Source of the DNA: Methanocella sp.
GTDB lineage: Archaea; Thermoproteota; Bathyarchaeia; Bathyarchaeales; Bathycorpusculaceae
Assembly (NCBI GenBank): GCA_050261115.1
Contig: JBLNCY010000057.1
Span: 1-64,000 of the forward strand
DNA: 64,000 nt
Direction: 5' to 3'
Shown piece by piece: positions 46,126 through 55,881 of this stretch; the first letter of the stretch is position 1, and the number at the start of each line of letters is the position of its first letter. The position numbers were made by a program, and so were the translations under genes. The notes beneath the pieces were generated by a model. It saw only the letters and a program-made list of their open reading frames with translations. It was not told where the DNA came from and ran no database searches.

Positions 46126-47724
46126 ATGAAGGTTATGAGCAGCAGCGAAGAAAACCGAATCATTCCAAGAACCATGTCTACCCAGCATCCAGACAACGCA
46201 GTTACACCAGACTGGAGCCGAGACGAAGTAATCGGGGGCAACGCAGAGGTCTTGGAAGCCTTCTATGCATACAGCAGTCTAGGCTGCCAGGAAGTCATGT
46301 GGGACTCTGAAGGCAAAGACGCTGACACCCGCGTGGTTCGAAAGCTGCTCCAGAAGTACTGGGATTACTTTGCAAGCCACACAATCGGCGAAGATCTCTT
46401 CCTAACATATCGTGTTCCCAACCCAAAGATTGAAGGTGCCGAGAAGAAGATCATTGTTGAGACTCTACAGAATATCCCCGTGGCCTATGATGTGGCGACG
46501 TTGGTTTACAAGCGGGAGGTTTCGCCCCTCTTTGAAGTCATCTTGCCCATGACTACCGACGCTAAAGAAATCATCATGCTATACAACTATTACAAAAAAG
46601 CCATAGTTGAAGCAGAAGACGCCAAACTCTACGAGCAAACCACCGTCAAAGACTGGATGGGTCACTTTATGCCCAAAGCCATCAAAGTAATCCCGCTTGT
46701 GGAAGACTTTGACAGCATCCTAAACGTAGACCAAATCATTGCGCCATACATCAAGGCAGTGAAGCCCAAACAGCAACGCATCTTCGTCGCCCGCTCAGAC
46801 CCCGCCCTAAACTACGGTCATATCTGCGCGGTGCTGCTCTCAAAAATCGCATTAAGCAAACTCAAAAAACTCGAAAAACAGACTGAACACACAGCGATAC
46901 ATCCAATCCTTGGGGTGGGCTCAAAACCCTTCCGAGGCCACCTCTCGCCAGATAACATCGACAACTTCTTACAAGAATACCAGGGCCTATCCACAGTCAC
47001 CATCCAATCCGCCTTCAGATACGATTACCCCGCAGACCAAGTCAAAGAAGGCATCCAAACCCTCAACCAACGCCTACCCAACGGGGTCCCCGAATTCATC
47101 GACCCCGAAGAAGAATCCGTTCTCCGCGGCATTCTCTCAAAGTGCAGAAAAGAATACGAACACCAAATCGAAATCATGGCCCCCTTCATCAACGCAGTCG
47201 CAGCCTACGTTCCAGCAAGACGCACAAGAAAACTCCACATCGGACTCTTCGGCTACAGCCGATGCGTCGCAGGGGTATGCCTGCCAAGGGCCATCAGCTT
47301 TGCCAGCGCACTCTACAGCGTCGGTATCCCACCCGAATTCATCGGCCTTAAAGCACTAAACCAGCTAAGCGAACAGGAATGGCAAACCCTCACCAAGAAC
47401 TACATAAAAATGCAGCATGACTTCAAAGTAGTCGGCGAATATGTCTCCTTAAACAACATAAACATGCTCACCGAGTTGAGTCAAATCACAGCTAAACGGT
47501 CAGGCATGAGTGAAGACCAACTAAAAGACGCCCTTGCAAGCTTAATCGAGGACCTAAACGCCGCCGAGCAGAAGCTAAACATCAAGCTGGGCCCCCGAGG
47601 ATTCTCCCAGAGACGACACGAGAACTTTTCAAACAACTTTTTGCTCTCATTCCTGCAGAAGCAAGATGCAGAGGCAAAGGCGGCGCTGGTGGAATCAGCC
47701 AAGCTTAGAAGATGCCTAGGCTAA
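46126..47724 (+). CDS. ppcA: Archaeal-type phosphoenolpyruvate carboxylase
   Basis: IPRTMSTQHPDN, MWD.EGK, IPLVED, ARSDPALNYG, PFRG, QSAF.YD, LPRAI.F. Confidence 0.95.
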   Translation: MKVMSSSEENRIIPRTMSTQHPDNAVTPDWSRDEVIGGNAEVLEAFYAYSSLGCQEVMWDSEGKDADTRVVRKLLQKYWDYFASHTIGEDLFLTYRVPNPKIEGAEKKIIVETLQNIPVAYDVATLVYKREVSPLFEVILPMTTDAKEIIMLYNYYKKAIVEAEDAKLYEQTTVKDWMGHFMPKAIKVIPLVEDFDSILNVDQIIAPYIKAVKPKQQRIFVARSDPALNYGHICAVLLSKIALSKLKKLEKQTEHTAIHPILGVGSKPFRGHLSPDNIDNFLQEYQGLSTVTIQSAFRYDYPADQVKEGIQTLNQRLPNGVPEFIDPEEESVLRGILSKCRKEYEHQIEIMAPFINAVAAYVPARRTRKLHIGLFGYSRCVAGVCLPRAISFASALYSVGIPPEFIGLKALNQLSEQEWQTLTKNYIKMQHDFKVVGEYVSLNNINMLTELSQITAKRSGMSEDQLKDALASLIEDLNAAEQKLNIKLGPRGFSQRRHENFSNNFLLSFLQKQDAEAKAALVESAKLRRCLG

Positions 47725-47774
47725 CCCGCCAACCCACTTCTTGTTTCCAAACTCGTCTGCGGGTTTTGTGCGCT

Positions 47775-48857
47775 TTAGCCGAGTAGTTTTGCAAGGCTCG
47801 GAACTTTCTTTAACACAAACACAATCCCCGCAGATAGGGTAAACACGATTACCGCAAAAATGGGCACATCAATCAGGACTATGTCGGTTATCGAGTTCAC
47901 CCAGAAACCAAACACTCCATTGGAAACCAACGTGACTAGTATTATCATGTGTATTAGGTAGATGGGGAGCGTGTTTTGGCTTACCCACTGTATGATTCCA
48001 CCGAGGATTTTGCGGTTGCCCAGGCTGTTGAAGTCTAGCGAGATTAACGCAAAAAACAGAGCGGCGCTTGCCAGTATGATGGTGGGGCTGACGTAGCTAT
48101 GGAAGAACCCCGTGTACTGCTCACCCAAGATACTCGTAAGCAGCCAGCTACTTGCGACGGTTCCCAGCAAGCCGCCTAGCATTAGAAGGAGCGCTCTGAG
48201 TTTTGGCATGCTGGTTTGCAGCAGATATAGGCCTAAGAGATAGTAACCGACCCAGTCTATGAGAATAAATGGGTAGGGATAATAGTTGAGTTGGGGCAAA
48301 AACACATGGATGGCAGGCGTTAGGGTGGTGCCGGCGAACCATATAATCAGCAGGTACAGGTAGAGTTTGCGGTCTAAATGCCTAACCAGCACACGGAGCA
48401 CAGGAGTTAAAGCATACAGCCCCATGAGCAGGTAGAGGTACCAGAGGTGAGTGTATGCACCGCTTGCAAGTCCCTGCACCATACTCATGAGCGTGAGGGG
48501 CTGTCCCAGCACCCCAAAAGTCCATGCAAAGTAGATTACTGTCCAAAAGATGAAGGGCAACCCAATACGGTCTAGCCGCTTCTTGTAGAATACCTTAAGC
48601 GGCTCCTCTTCTCGATTGGGGTCAAGCAGCAGCACACCGGTTAACATGACAAATAGGGGGACCCCTAAAAGCCCTGCAGCGGCATAGGTGGTGGTTGATA
48701 GCCAATTAACAACATCCATACCTGTAACTGCGGGGTTCAAGAAGCGGTAAGGAAACCCAGAGCTATGAAGCAGGATAACCATGAAAATAGCGATGAAGCG
48801 GATTACATCAATGGTATAGTTAGCGGCAACTGGTTTCTCCCCCAGACTTCCCACCAC
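47775..48857 (-). CDS. Acyltransferase family 3 membrane protein
   Basis: DVIR.IA..V..LH, VPLF.ML.G, HLWYLY, IYLIH. Confidence 0.88.
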   Translation of the reverse strand: MVGSLGEKPVAANYTIDVIRFIAIFMVILLHSSGFPYRFLNPAVTGMDVVNWLSTTTYAAAGLLGVPLFVMLTGVLLLDPNREEEPLKVFYKKRLDRIGLPFIFWTVIYFAWTFGVLGQPLTLMSMVQGLASGAYTHLWYLYLLMGLYALTPVLRVLVRHLDRKLYLYLLIIWFAGTTLTPAIHVFLPQLNYYPYPFILIDWVGYYLLGLYLLQTSMPKLRALLLMLGGLLGTVASSWLLTSILGEQYTGFFHSYVSPTIILASAALFFALISLDFNSLGNRKILGGIIQWVSQNTLPIYLIHMIILVTLVSNGVFGFWVNSITDIVLIDVPIFAVIVFTLSAGIVFVLKKVPSLAKLLG

Positions 48858-48922
48858 AGCACCCCTGCCATGCTAACCCATCTATGAATAAGCTGCTAAA
48901 TAAAATTAATCAAAAGGGTAAC

Positions 48923-51196
48923 CTAGACTTTACCTGATAGTACCTTCTTTAGTTCAATCCAAAATGTCGCCAAAAACGACACCCCAACCACCAGCACCCA
49001 ATCCGAAGCACCCAAACTCGTGATTTGGAGGGCAGCCTGAGTAGCGGACAGAGAGGTACCAACAGCTAACAAGAAAACCGCCAGCAAACCCCATAGCAGC
49101 ATAATCCTGTTTGTTAGGATGCCATGTTTGAACAGCGGAGTGTTTCCGGTTCGGAGGTTTAGCGCCAAAAAGACCTGGCTAAACAGCAAAGTGGCGAAAG
49201 CGACGGTTCGGGCATGGGTTATTTCGGCAGTTGAGTAGTAGGTGAATAGGTAGGTGGCGGTGACGGCTAGAGTTAGGCTTAATGCGCCTATCAAGAGCGA
49301 CCGAAGCATGCGTTCATCCATGAAGGTTGCGTAAGGCGCCTGCGGCTTGTTCATTGCGCCTCTCTCCTGAGGTTCCCCAACAAAGAGTACAGATGCAACT
49401 AAATCCACAAACAACACAAGCACCAAGACCTGGATGGGCGCAAACGGCAAAGGAACACCCAACAAGACCGGAACCATAAAAGTCAGTGCCAAAGCGGCTT
49501 TACTGGCAAGGTAAAACCGGATGCCCTTACGAATGTTACCGTTGAACCTTCGGCACTCACTTATTGCGTTTTCGATGGCGGCCAAATTATCATCCACTAA
49601 AACTATGTCTGCAGCTTCCCTAACATCAGCCCCATTGGTGCCCATAGCGATGCCAATGTGCGCTTTTTTAAGTGCGGGTACGTCGTCTATGTCGGTGCCG
49701 GTTACTGCAACGGTCTCGCCCGTTGCTCTTAGAAGCTGAATTATGCGCAGCTTATCCCCCGGAGCAATGTTAGCGAAAACAGGGGTAATCTTGAGGGCTT
49801 CTTTTAGGACTTCATCGGGCATGGTTGCCATTTCCTCGGCACTCAAGACATGGGTATTAGGGATTCCGATTTGACCTGCAAGGGTTTTGGCGGTTTGGGG
49901 GTGCTCGCCGGTAATCAATAGGATGCGTATGCCCGCTTTTTGGCAGTTGCGGATGGCGCTTGGTACCCCTAGGCGGGGAGGGTCTATGAAGCCGATGATG
50001 CCGACAAACACAATCTCCCTTTCAGCCTCATCGACCGACTCGTCTGGGTGTAGTCGGCGGTAGCCGAATGCTAAAAGACGCTCGCCCGCATGTGCCATCC
50101 GTGCCGCCGCCCTAGAGGCTTCCGCCCGTAGCTCGTCGGTTAGGGGTGTTTCTTGGCCTTCTAGGAGTATGCGGTTTGATGTTGCCAGTAGCTTTTCGGG
50201 TTCGCCGCTCGTTAAGGCAACAGTTGAGTTGCCGTACTGGTAAATGTATGTGACTAGTTTTTGTTTATTGTCTAAGCGTAGTTCGTCTTTGAGAATCCAG
50301 TTGCTTGTTACTGCAGTCTTGTCTATGCCCACCTGTTTGAGCCGCTCCAAAATGGCCTTAGCCATCGAGTTAGAGAGTTGGTTGTCGGGGGTGTCACTTG
50401 CTAAAAACCCTGTGCGTAGGGCGGATTTCTCGTTCTCCCCAAACTCCCTCGAAGCATGTATGGTACCGTCAAAGTAGAGGTGCTCAACACGCAGCTTGTC
50501 CTCTGTTAAAATGCCTGCTATGTCGGTGGCGATGATGCTTACATTGCCCAAGTTTTCTGCTGCATTCATCCGCTTTACGATGGCGCCTTTGCATGACAAT
50601 GCCAAGCTACCTATCCCAAGAGCCGTAGCGATGATTAGCGGTAGCTCTCTAGGAACAAAGGCAAACGCTAAAGCAAGACCATAAAGCACTGCACCGGCGG
50701 GGTAATCTTGAAGTCCCGGTAAGCCTCGAATGTAACCTAGCAGGGGAATCAGTATAGCAAGGAATACTGCCATCCAAACCAGGGTTCTTGGCAGATGCTT
50801 CATAGCGATAGGTTCTCGGAGCTGCTCGCTCCTTAGAATTGTTGACGTTTGTGGTACCAGCCGATGCAGAGCCGAGATGGCCCGGTTAGTGCGGTACTCA
50901 TTCCAGACGTTAACCAGCACCAAAAGAACAAACACCATTGCGACTGTAGCTATGGCAGTTAATCCGTCACCAGTAACTATGCCCAAAGCACTGTAGAGCA
51001 CGCCTATAAAGAGCAGCAGAAGAGTCATGGGCTCAGTGGTTTTCTTCTTAAGAATGTCTAAGAGGCGGATTTTGGGTTCCTGAACCACCGTGTTCTTGCC
51101 ATACTTACATGCCTCTTGCTCTGTACCCCTTTGGGTGTCTGAGCCTAAAGCTGCAGCACCATCTTCGGAGTGTTGGGTGTATGGCGGAGGATTCAT
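48923..51196 (-). CDS. Degenerate P2-type cation ATPase homolog (actuator domain missing, catalytic motifs altered)
   Basis: Recognisable GFIDPPR, ALKKA.IGIAMG and C-terminal TM bundle; DIAGILT replaces DKTGTLT; no TGES. Confidence 0.8.
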   Translation of the reverse strand: MNPPPYTQHSEDGAAALGSDTQRGTEQEACKYGKNTVVQEPKIRLLDILKKKTTEPMTLLLLFIGVLYSALGIVTGDGLTAIATVAMVFVLLVLVNVWNEYRTNRAISALHRLVPQTSTILRSEQLREPIAMKHLPRTLVWMAVFLAILIPLLGYIRGLPGLQDYPAGAVLYGLALAFAFVPRELPLIIATALGIGSLALSCKGAIVKRMNAAENLGNVSIIATDIAGILTEDKLRVEHLYFDGTIHASREFGENEKSALRTGFLASDTPDNQLSNSMAKAILERLKQVGIDKTAVTSNWILKDELRLDNKQKLVTYIYQYGNSTVALTSGEPEKLLATSNRILLEGQETPLTDELRAEASRAAARMAHAGERLLAFGYRRLHPDESVDEAEREIVFVGIIGFIDPPRLGVPSAIRNCQKAGIRILLITGEHPQTAKTLAGQIGIPNTHVLSAEEMATMPDEVLKEALKITPVFANIAPGDKLRIIQLLRATGETVAVTGTDIDDVPALKKAHIGIAMGTNGADVREAADIVLVDDNLAAIENAISECRRFNGNIRKGIRFYLASKAALALTFMVPVLLGVPLPFAPIQVLVLVLFVDLVASVLFVGEPQERGAMNKPQAPYATFMDERMLRSLLIGALSLTLAVTATYLFTYYSTAEITHARTVAFATLLFSQVFLALNLRTGNTPLFKHGILTNRIMLLWGLLAVFLLAVGTSLSATQAALQITSLGASDWVLVVGVSFLATFWIELKKVLSGKV

Positions 51197-51445
51197 CAGG
51201 CAGTCCCTAAATTAGTATAAGTCGTGTGCTAGTTGCGGGCTAAACACGCCCTAAAAGGTTTGCAACAGTAATCAATAGAATCCTGCTGGCAGCTGTTTTT
51301 AGTTTTTATCCGTTCATGTTTATTTGCCTGCTTTTCTTTTGACAGAAAGGTGCTAAATGAACCGCTACCACAGTTTTAGTATAAGAACAGCAACGATACA
51401 TCTGGTAGTGTTTAGGTAGGTTCTGCAGGGTGGTTTCCAAACCAG

Positions 51446-51503
51446 AGTTCAACCTGTGGTTGGTTCTATATATAAGGGAGGGGGTCCCTCGGCAAAGCAA
51501 CAG
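51446..51503 (+). repeat. Dispersed intergenic element, copy D
   Basis: AGTTCAACCTGTGGTTGGTTCTATATATAAGGGAGGGGGTCCCTCGGCAAAGCAACAG. Confidence 0.9.
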
Positions 51504-51683
51504 CAAAAATGCATAAGAACATAGACAGCATCTGGCGAGTGCCCGATAGAGGAGCGGCATAGTAGGGAGAACTGCTGCTACACCCTATACGTTTATGGGG
51601 ATGTATATGCCTGAAAGGTGTTGTATTATGCGCATAAGCCTTATATTTTCAAAATCAACCTTCTCTGACTGAAGGACAAACGT

Positions 51684-52760
51684 ATGCATAAAAAACTCTT
51701 GATTCCCGGTCCAACAGAAGTAAGTAAAGAAGTACTCAGTGAACAAAACCAATATTTAATCGGGCACAGAGAAAAAGAGTTCTCAACATTATACGGCGGA
51801 ATCACCGATAAAATCGCCAAATTCTTCCAGTTACCCGCCGATTACAAACCCACCGTTACCACAGGCTCCGGAACGCTATGGTTTGACATAATCGGCCGAA
51901 GCATAGTAAAAGAAAAAGCACTCGCATGCGTCAACGGCGCCTTTAGCCAACGCTGCGCACAAACCCTCATCTCATGCGGCAAACAAACCGACATACTAGA
52001 AGTAGAAATGGGCAAAGCAATCAAACCCGAGATGGTCGCCGAGAAACTCGCCACCGGCAAATACGACACCTTAACTGTTTGCCACAACGAAACCAGCACG
52101 GGTGTAAGAAGTCCAATCGCCGAAATCGGCAAAATGGTCAAAAAAGAATATCCCGGCATAATCTTTGCCGTGGACGCGGTCTCGTCTATGGCAGGCGACA
52201 AAACGCTGCCCAATGAACTCAACTGCGACATCGTGTTTGGCAGCACACAGAAATGCTTCGCACTACCCCCCGGCTTAGCAGTAGCGCTAGTCTCTGATCG
52301 CGCAATCGAACGCGCTAAAACCGTTCCTAACCGAGGCGCCTACACCGATCTAGTTGACATGTTCGAGTTCGAAAAGAAACATCAAACACCCTTCACGCCA
52401 AACGTTAGCTTACTCTATGCACTCAACAAACGCATGGACCTTCTACTGGAGGAAACCTACGATAAAGTCTACCAGCGCCACCTCGACATGGCGCAGTATA
52501 CTCAGGCGTGGGCAAAGAAGCACTTCAGCATGTTCCCCGAGGCAGGATATGAATCCATCACTGTTAGCTGCATAAACAGCAACGGCAAAGACGTTAACGC
52601 AATGAGCAAAAGGCTTGCTGAGGAAAAGGGCTACTTGATTTCTGCGGGTTACGGTAAACTTAAGGATAAAACCTTCCGCATCGGCCACATGGGCGAATGG
52701 AACCTAGACGGCATCAAAGACGTACTTGCTAGTATAGATGAGATTTGGGGATTGAAGTGA
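51684..52760 (+). CDS. Class V aminotransferase (serine-pyruvate/AGT type), probable phosphoserine aminotransferase role
   Basis: IPGPT, HNETSTG, DAVSS, TQKCFALPPG, TPFTP, FRIGHMG; coupled to serA. Confidence 0.88.
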   Translation: MHKKLLIPGPTEVSKEVLSEQNQYLIGHREKEFSTLYGGITDKIAKFFQLPADYKPTVTTGSGTLWFDIIGRSIVKEKALACVNGAFSQRCAQTLISCGKQTDILEVEMGKAIKPEMVAEKLATGKYDTLTVCHNETSTGVRSPIAEIGKMVKKEYPGIIFAVDAVSSMAGDKTLPNELNCDIVFGSTQKCFALPPGLAVALVSDRAIERAKTVPNRGAYTDLVDMFEFEKKHQTPFTPNVSLLYALNKRMDLLLEETYDKVYQRHLDMAQYTQAWAKKHFSMFPEAGYESITVSCINSNGKDVNAMSKRLAEEKGYLISAGYGKLKDKTFRIGHMGEWNLDGIKDVLASIDEIWGLK

Positions 52761-53659
52761 CCGTAAAAATCCTTGTTAGCGACAGAATCGCTGACGAAGG
52801 CATAAAGATTCTTAGAGAACAAGGCTATGAGGTCACGGAGGGTTGGGATATTCCTAAACCTGACCTTCCCAAAATCATCGGAGAATACGACGTTTTAATT
52901 GTCCGCAGCGCAACCAAAGTTAGAGGCGAGCTTTTAGAGAACGCAAAAAAGCTCCGAGTTATCGGCCGAGCAGGCGAAGGCTTAGACAACATCGACTATG
53001 AGCGAGCCAAACAGTTAGGCATCACAATAGTCAATACTCCGCATATTTCATACATTAGCGTCTCAGAACTAACCATCGGTCACATGATTGCACTTGCACG
53101 CAACATCGTTCAGGGCACAACCTCTCTACGGGAGGGCAAATGGGAAAAAGAAAAACTCATGGGTACCGAACTCAACGGCAAGATGCTGGGTGTCATCGGC
53201 TGCGGCTACATCGGCAAAGACGTCGAACGCTTGGCGCTGGCGTTAGGCATGAAGGTTATTGCAGTTGAGGAATGTGTCTATGATCGGTTTGTGCCCCTTG
53301 CAGACATGTTGCCGCAGGCAGACTTCATAACCATCCATGTCCCCTTAACGCCCAAAACGCGTCATCTGCTTTCCGCCAAGGAATTCCAGTTGATGAAGCA
53401 GGGAGTACGCATAATCGACTGTAGCCGCGGAGGCGTCATTGATCAAGATGCGCTCTATGAAGCGTTGGTTAGCGGCAAAGTTGCAGGTGCAGCGCTTGAT
53501 GTCTTTGAGGAGGAGCCGCCTAAGAATAACAAGCTGCTCACGCTCCCAAACGTGATTGCTACGCCGCATATGGGTGCTCAAACTCATGAGGCGCAACATC
53601 GGGCAAGCATACAAATAGCCAATAACGTTATAGATGCGCTTGAAAAACTGAAGCTGTGA
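52757..53659 (+). CDS. serA: D-3-phosphoglycerate dehydrogenase (no ACT domain)
   Basis: VRSAT, GRAG.GLDNID, G.G.IG, H.PLT, RGG, DVF.EEP, TPH.GAQT.EA. Confidence 0.85.
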   Translation: MTVKILVSDRIADEGIKILREQGYEVTEGWDIPKPDLPKIIGEYDVLIVRSATKVRGELLENAKKLRVIGRAGEGLDNIDYERAKQLGITIVNTPHISYISVSELTIGHMIALARNIVQGTTSLREGKWEKEKLMGTELNGKMLGVIGCGYIGKDVERLALALGMKVIAVEECVYDRFVPLADMLPQADFITIHVPLTPKTRHLLSAKEFQLMKQGVRIIDCSRGGVIDQDALYEALVSGKVAGAALDVFEEEPPKNNKLLTLPNVIATPHMGAQTHEAQHRASIQIANNVIDALEKLKL

Positions 53660-53671
53660 GTTGACATCTGA

Positions 53672-54949
53672 TTGGTTGATATTCGCCCTTTCAAAGCCAT
53701 AACTTACACACCAAAAGCTGGCCCCGCCGAGGACCTCATAACCCAACCCTACGACAAAATAGATGCCGAAATGCAGAAACAGTACTATGAGCGCTCGCCC
53801 TACAATTTTTGTCGCTTGATTTTGCCAGTGGAGCAAGATAAGTACAACGTGGCTAACCAGAGGATAAACCTGTGGCTAAAGGAGGGCGTTATGGCCAAAG
53901 AAGCCCAGCCCGCGTTCTTCATTTCCCGCCAAGAATTCACCCTAAACGGTAAACGCATAGCTCGAACCGGCATCATAGCCGCCGTTAAACTTCACCCTTA
54001 CAGTGAGAATGTGGTTTTTCCGCATGAAGCGACCTTTAAGGCGCCCAAAGCAGACCGCTTAAATATGCTTCGGACGGTGCAAAAAGACCTTGAGCCTGTC
54101 TTTTTGATGTATCAGGATCCAGAGGAGAAAACTATCACTTACATGGCGGAGGTCGCAAAGTCTGCGCCTGTGATTGAAGCCACGGACTCGTTAGGCGTTA
54201 AGCACACGGTTTGGAAGATATCCGATCCTGCAAAGGTTGAAGAACTGCGGGCACTGCTTGCACCCAAGGTTGTGGTCATAAATGATGGTCACCACCGCTA
54301 TGAAAGCGCGATTCTATACCGTGATGAGATGCGGGCTAGGGGCAACTGGAGTGAGGATCAAGCTTTCAATTATTATATGTGCTATTTGGTTCCAGTTCAA
54401 GAGAAGGGGCTGGTGGTGCTTCCGACTCATCGGTTACTTAAGCAGCATAAGCTTACCCCCGACGTAATGGATGGGCTGAAATGCTTCTTTGACGTGGTGT
54501 CGCTTGAGCCAAGCATCGGTGCTTTGGAGGCTTTTTTGGCCAGCCATGTTGGGGAACATGCCTTTTGCGTCTATGACGGCAAGAAAGCTTGCGGTTTAAT
54601 CCTCAAACATGACGATGCAGTCTACGAGTACGTGGAAAAAACGGTGTCTAAGGAGACCAAAGTTTTCGACGTGGTTATCCTTCGCGACATCGTGTTTAAG
54701 CAGGTGCTAAAAACCGGTCAATTAACCATAGATGACACCATACTGTATGAGCGCTTGACTAAAGACGCAATTACTAAAGTGGATCGCGGTGAAGCCAGTA
54801 TCGCTTTTTTGGTGAACCCGATTAAGGCAGAGACGGTTGCTGAAGTTGCGGTGCAGCATGAGGTTTTGCCTGAGAAGAGCACCGACTTTTATCCTAAACT
54901 GGTTTCGGGTTTAGTGCTGATGGATATTTCTCCTTCAGAAAAACTCTAA
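53672..54949 (+). CDS. DUF1015 family protein (ParB/Srx-like DGHHR motif)
   Basis: IRPFKA, PYD, PHE.T, DGHHRY, PTHR, P.KST.FYPK..SGL. Confidence 0.9.
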   Translation: MVDIRPFKAITYTPKAGPAEDLITQPYDKIDAEMQKQYYERSPYNFCRLILPVEQDKYNVANQRINLWLKEGVMAKEAQPAFFISRQEFTLNGKRIARTGIIAAVKLHPYSENVVFPHEATFKAPKADRLNMLRTVQKDLEPVFLMYQDPEEKTITYMAEVAKSAPVIEATDSLGVKHTVWKISDPAKVEELRALLAPKVVVINDGHHRYESAILYRDEMRARGNWSEDQAFNYYMCYLVPVQEKGLVVLPTHRLLKQHKLTPDVMDGLKCFFDVVSLEPSIGALEAFLASHVGEHAFCVYDGKKACGLILKHDDAVYEYVEKTVSKETKVFDVVILRDIVFKQVLKTGQLTIDDTILYERLTKDAITKVDRGEASIAFLVNPIKAETVAEVAVQHEVLPEKSTDFYPKLVSGLVLMDISPSEKL

Positions 54950-55043
54950 CTCCCCTTTTGGGGGTTTGTTGGGCGGCGAGTTAGCTAAGGCTGGTTGGAG
55001 AGTCTAAGCAACAGGTAGCCCTTCCTCGTTTGGTTGAGGATGG

Positions 55044-55190
55044 TTACTTTATGAATTTGGTGGGTTGACGCTTAAACCGTTTCTTGCAGACTAAGCTGCA
55101 GAAATGGTAGGTGTCTCCTTCGTAGGAAATTTTAAACTTGGCAGTGTTCTCGTCGAGCACTGCGCCACAGACTGGGTCTCTCATTGACAT
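55044..55190 (-). CDS. YHS/TRASH domain small protein (absent from ORF track)
   Basis: Manual translation MSMRDPVCGAVLDENTAKFKISYEGDTYHFCSLVCKKRFKRQPTKFIK*. Confidence 0.88.
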   Translation of the reverse strand: MSMRDPVCGAVLDENTAKFKISYEGDTYHFCSLVCKKRFKRQPTKFIK

Positions 55191-55448
55191 TTGGGGTACT
55201 AAAGCCTCACTGAATCATTTATGTCCATGCTTTTATGGTTAGTGGTGGCTTTAACTGGAATCTTCAATTTTATGGTTGCCTTTTTTGGGAAAAGCGCTGA
55301 AATTTGAGGCGATTTAACTGTTTTCAGCGTTTGCTTATTGCTTCTGTACAAGTGGTCGTGATTTGTTTATTTGCCCTTCAAAGAAGATGGGTCTTTCCAA
55401 GCCCAATTTCTAACTAAAAATAAGGAAGGGAGCTGATTTGGCGTAGGT

Positions 55449-55781
55449 TTATCTGAATTTACCTTCAATAAGTACTTTAAAGAGGTAAATGGCAGCTGGC
55501 AGGTTAATCGCGACCCGAATGGCGTTTAGCCAAACCTGATAGTAAATGATTATGCCTACGCTGGTGCTTAGCGTATAAACTAGGGTGAAAATGACAAACG
55601 CTATGCCCCATTTTTTGCCTGAAAGCACAGCTGGAACCGTGAGTGTCCAAAGCGCGATTTCTATGTAGTTATTTAGGTCCTCCACATCGCCGCTTAATAG
55701 TATCATGGCCATCAGTAGGATGTTGATTACTGCCCATGCAGCTAATGCATACTTTGTGATTGAGTGGCTTGATGCTTCCAT
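55449..55781 (-). CDS. Small hypothetical membrane protein
   Basis: 110 aa with about 4 hydrophobic segments; ATG start. Confidence 0.7.
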   Translation of the reverse strand: MEASSHSITKYALAAWAVINILLMAMILLSGDVEDLNNYIEIALWTLTVPAVLSGKKWGIAFVIFTLVYTLSTSVGIIIYYQVWLNAIRVAINLPAAIYLFKVLIEGKFR

Positions 55782-55881
55782 ATTACTTAGCCTCAGCTAA
55801 CCATAGTTACAACTGTTTAATTACTTTTACAGTTAGTAAATTAATACTTACACCGTAAAAGTCACAGGGAAGAAAGCAAAG

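Noticed and set aside
17736-51503. Dispersed element read as CRISPR repeats or as a replication origin
   Set aside because: Copies are kilobases apart with no spacer array or cas genes; they do not match the ORB inverted-repeat consensus, and no orc1/cdc6 is adjacent
51306-51560. 84-aa ORF on the minus strand
   Set aside because: It runs through repeat copy D in an intergenic region, with no recognisable protein features
55270-55335. CGCTGAAA...TTTCAGCG inverted repeat
   Set aside because: An 8-bp stem with a long loop and no further support for an RNA or operator
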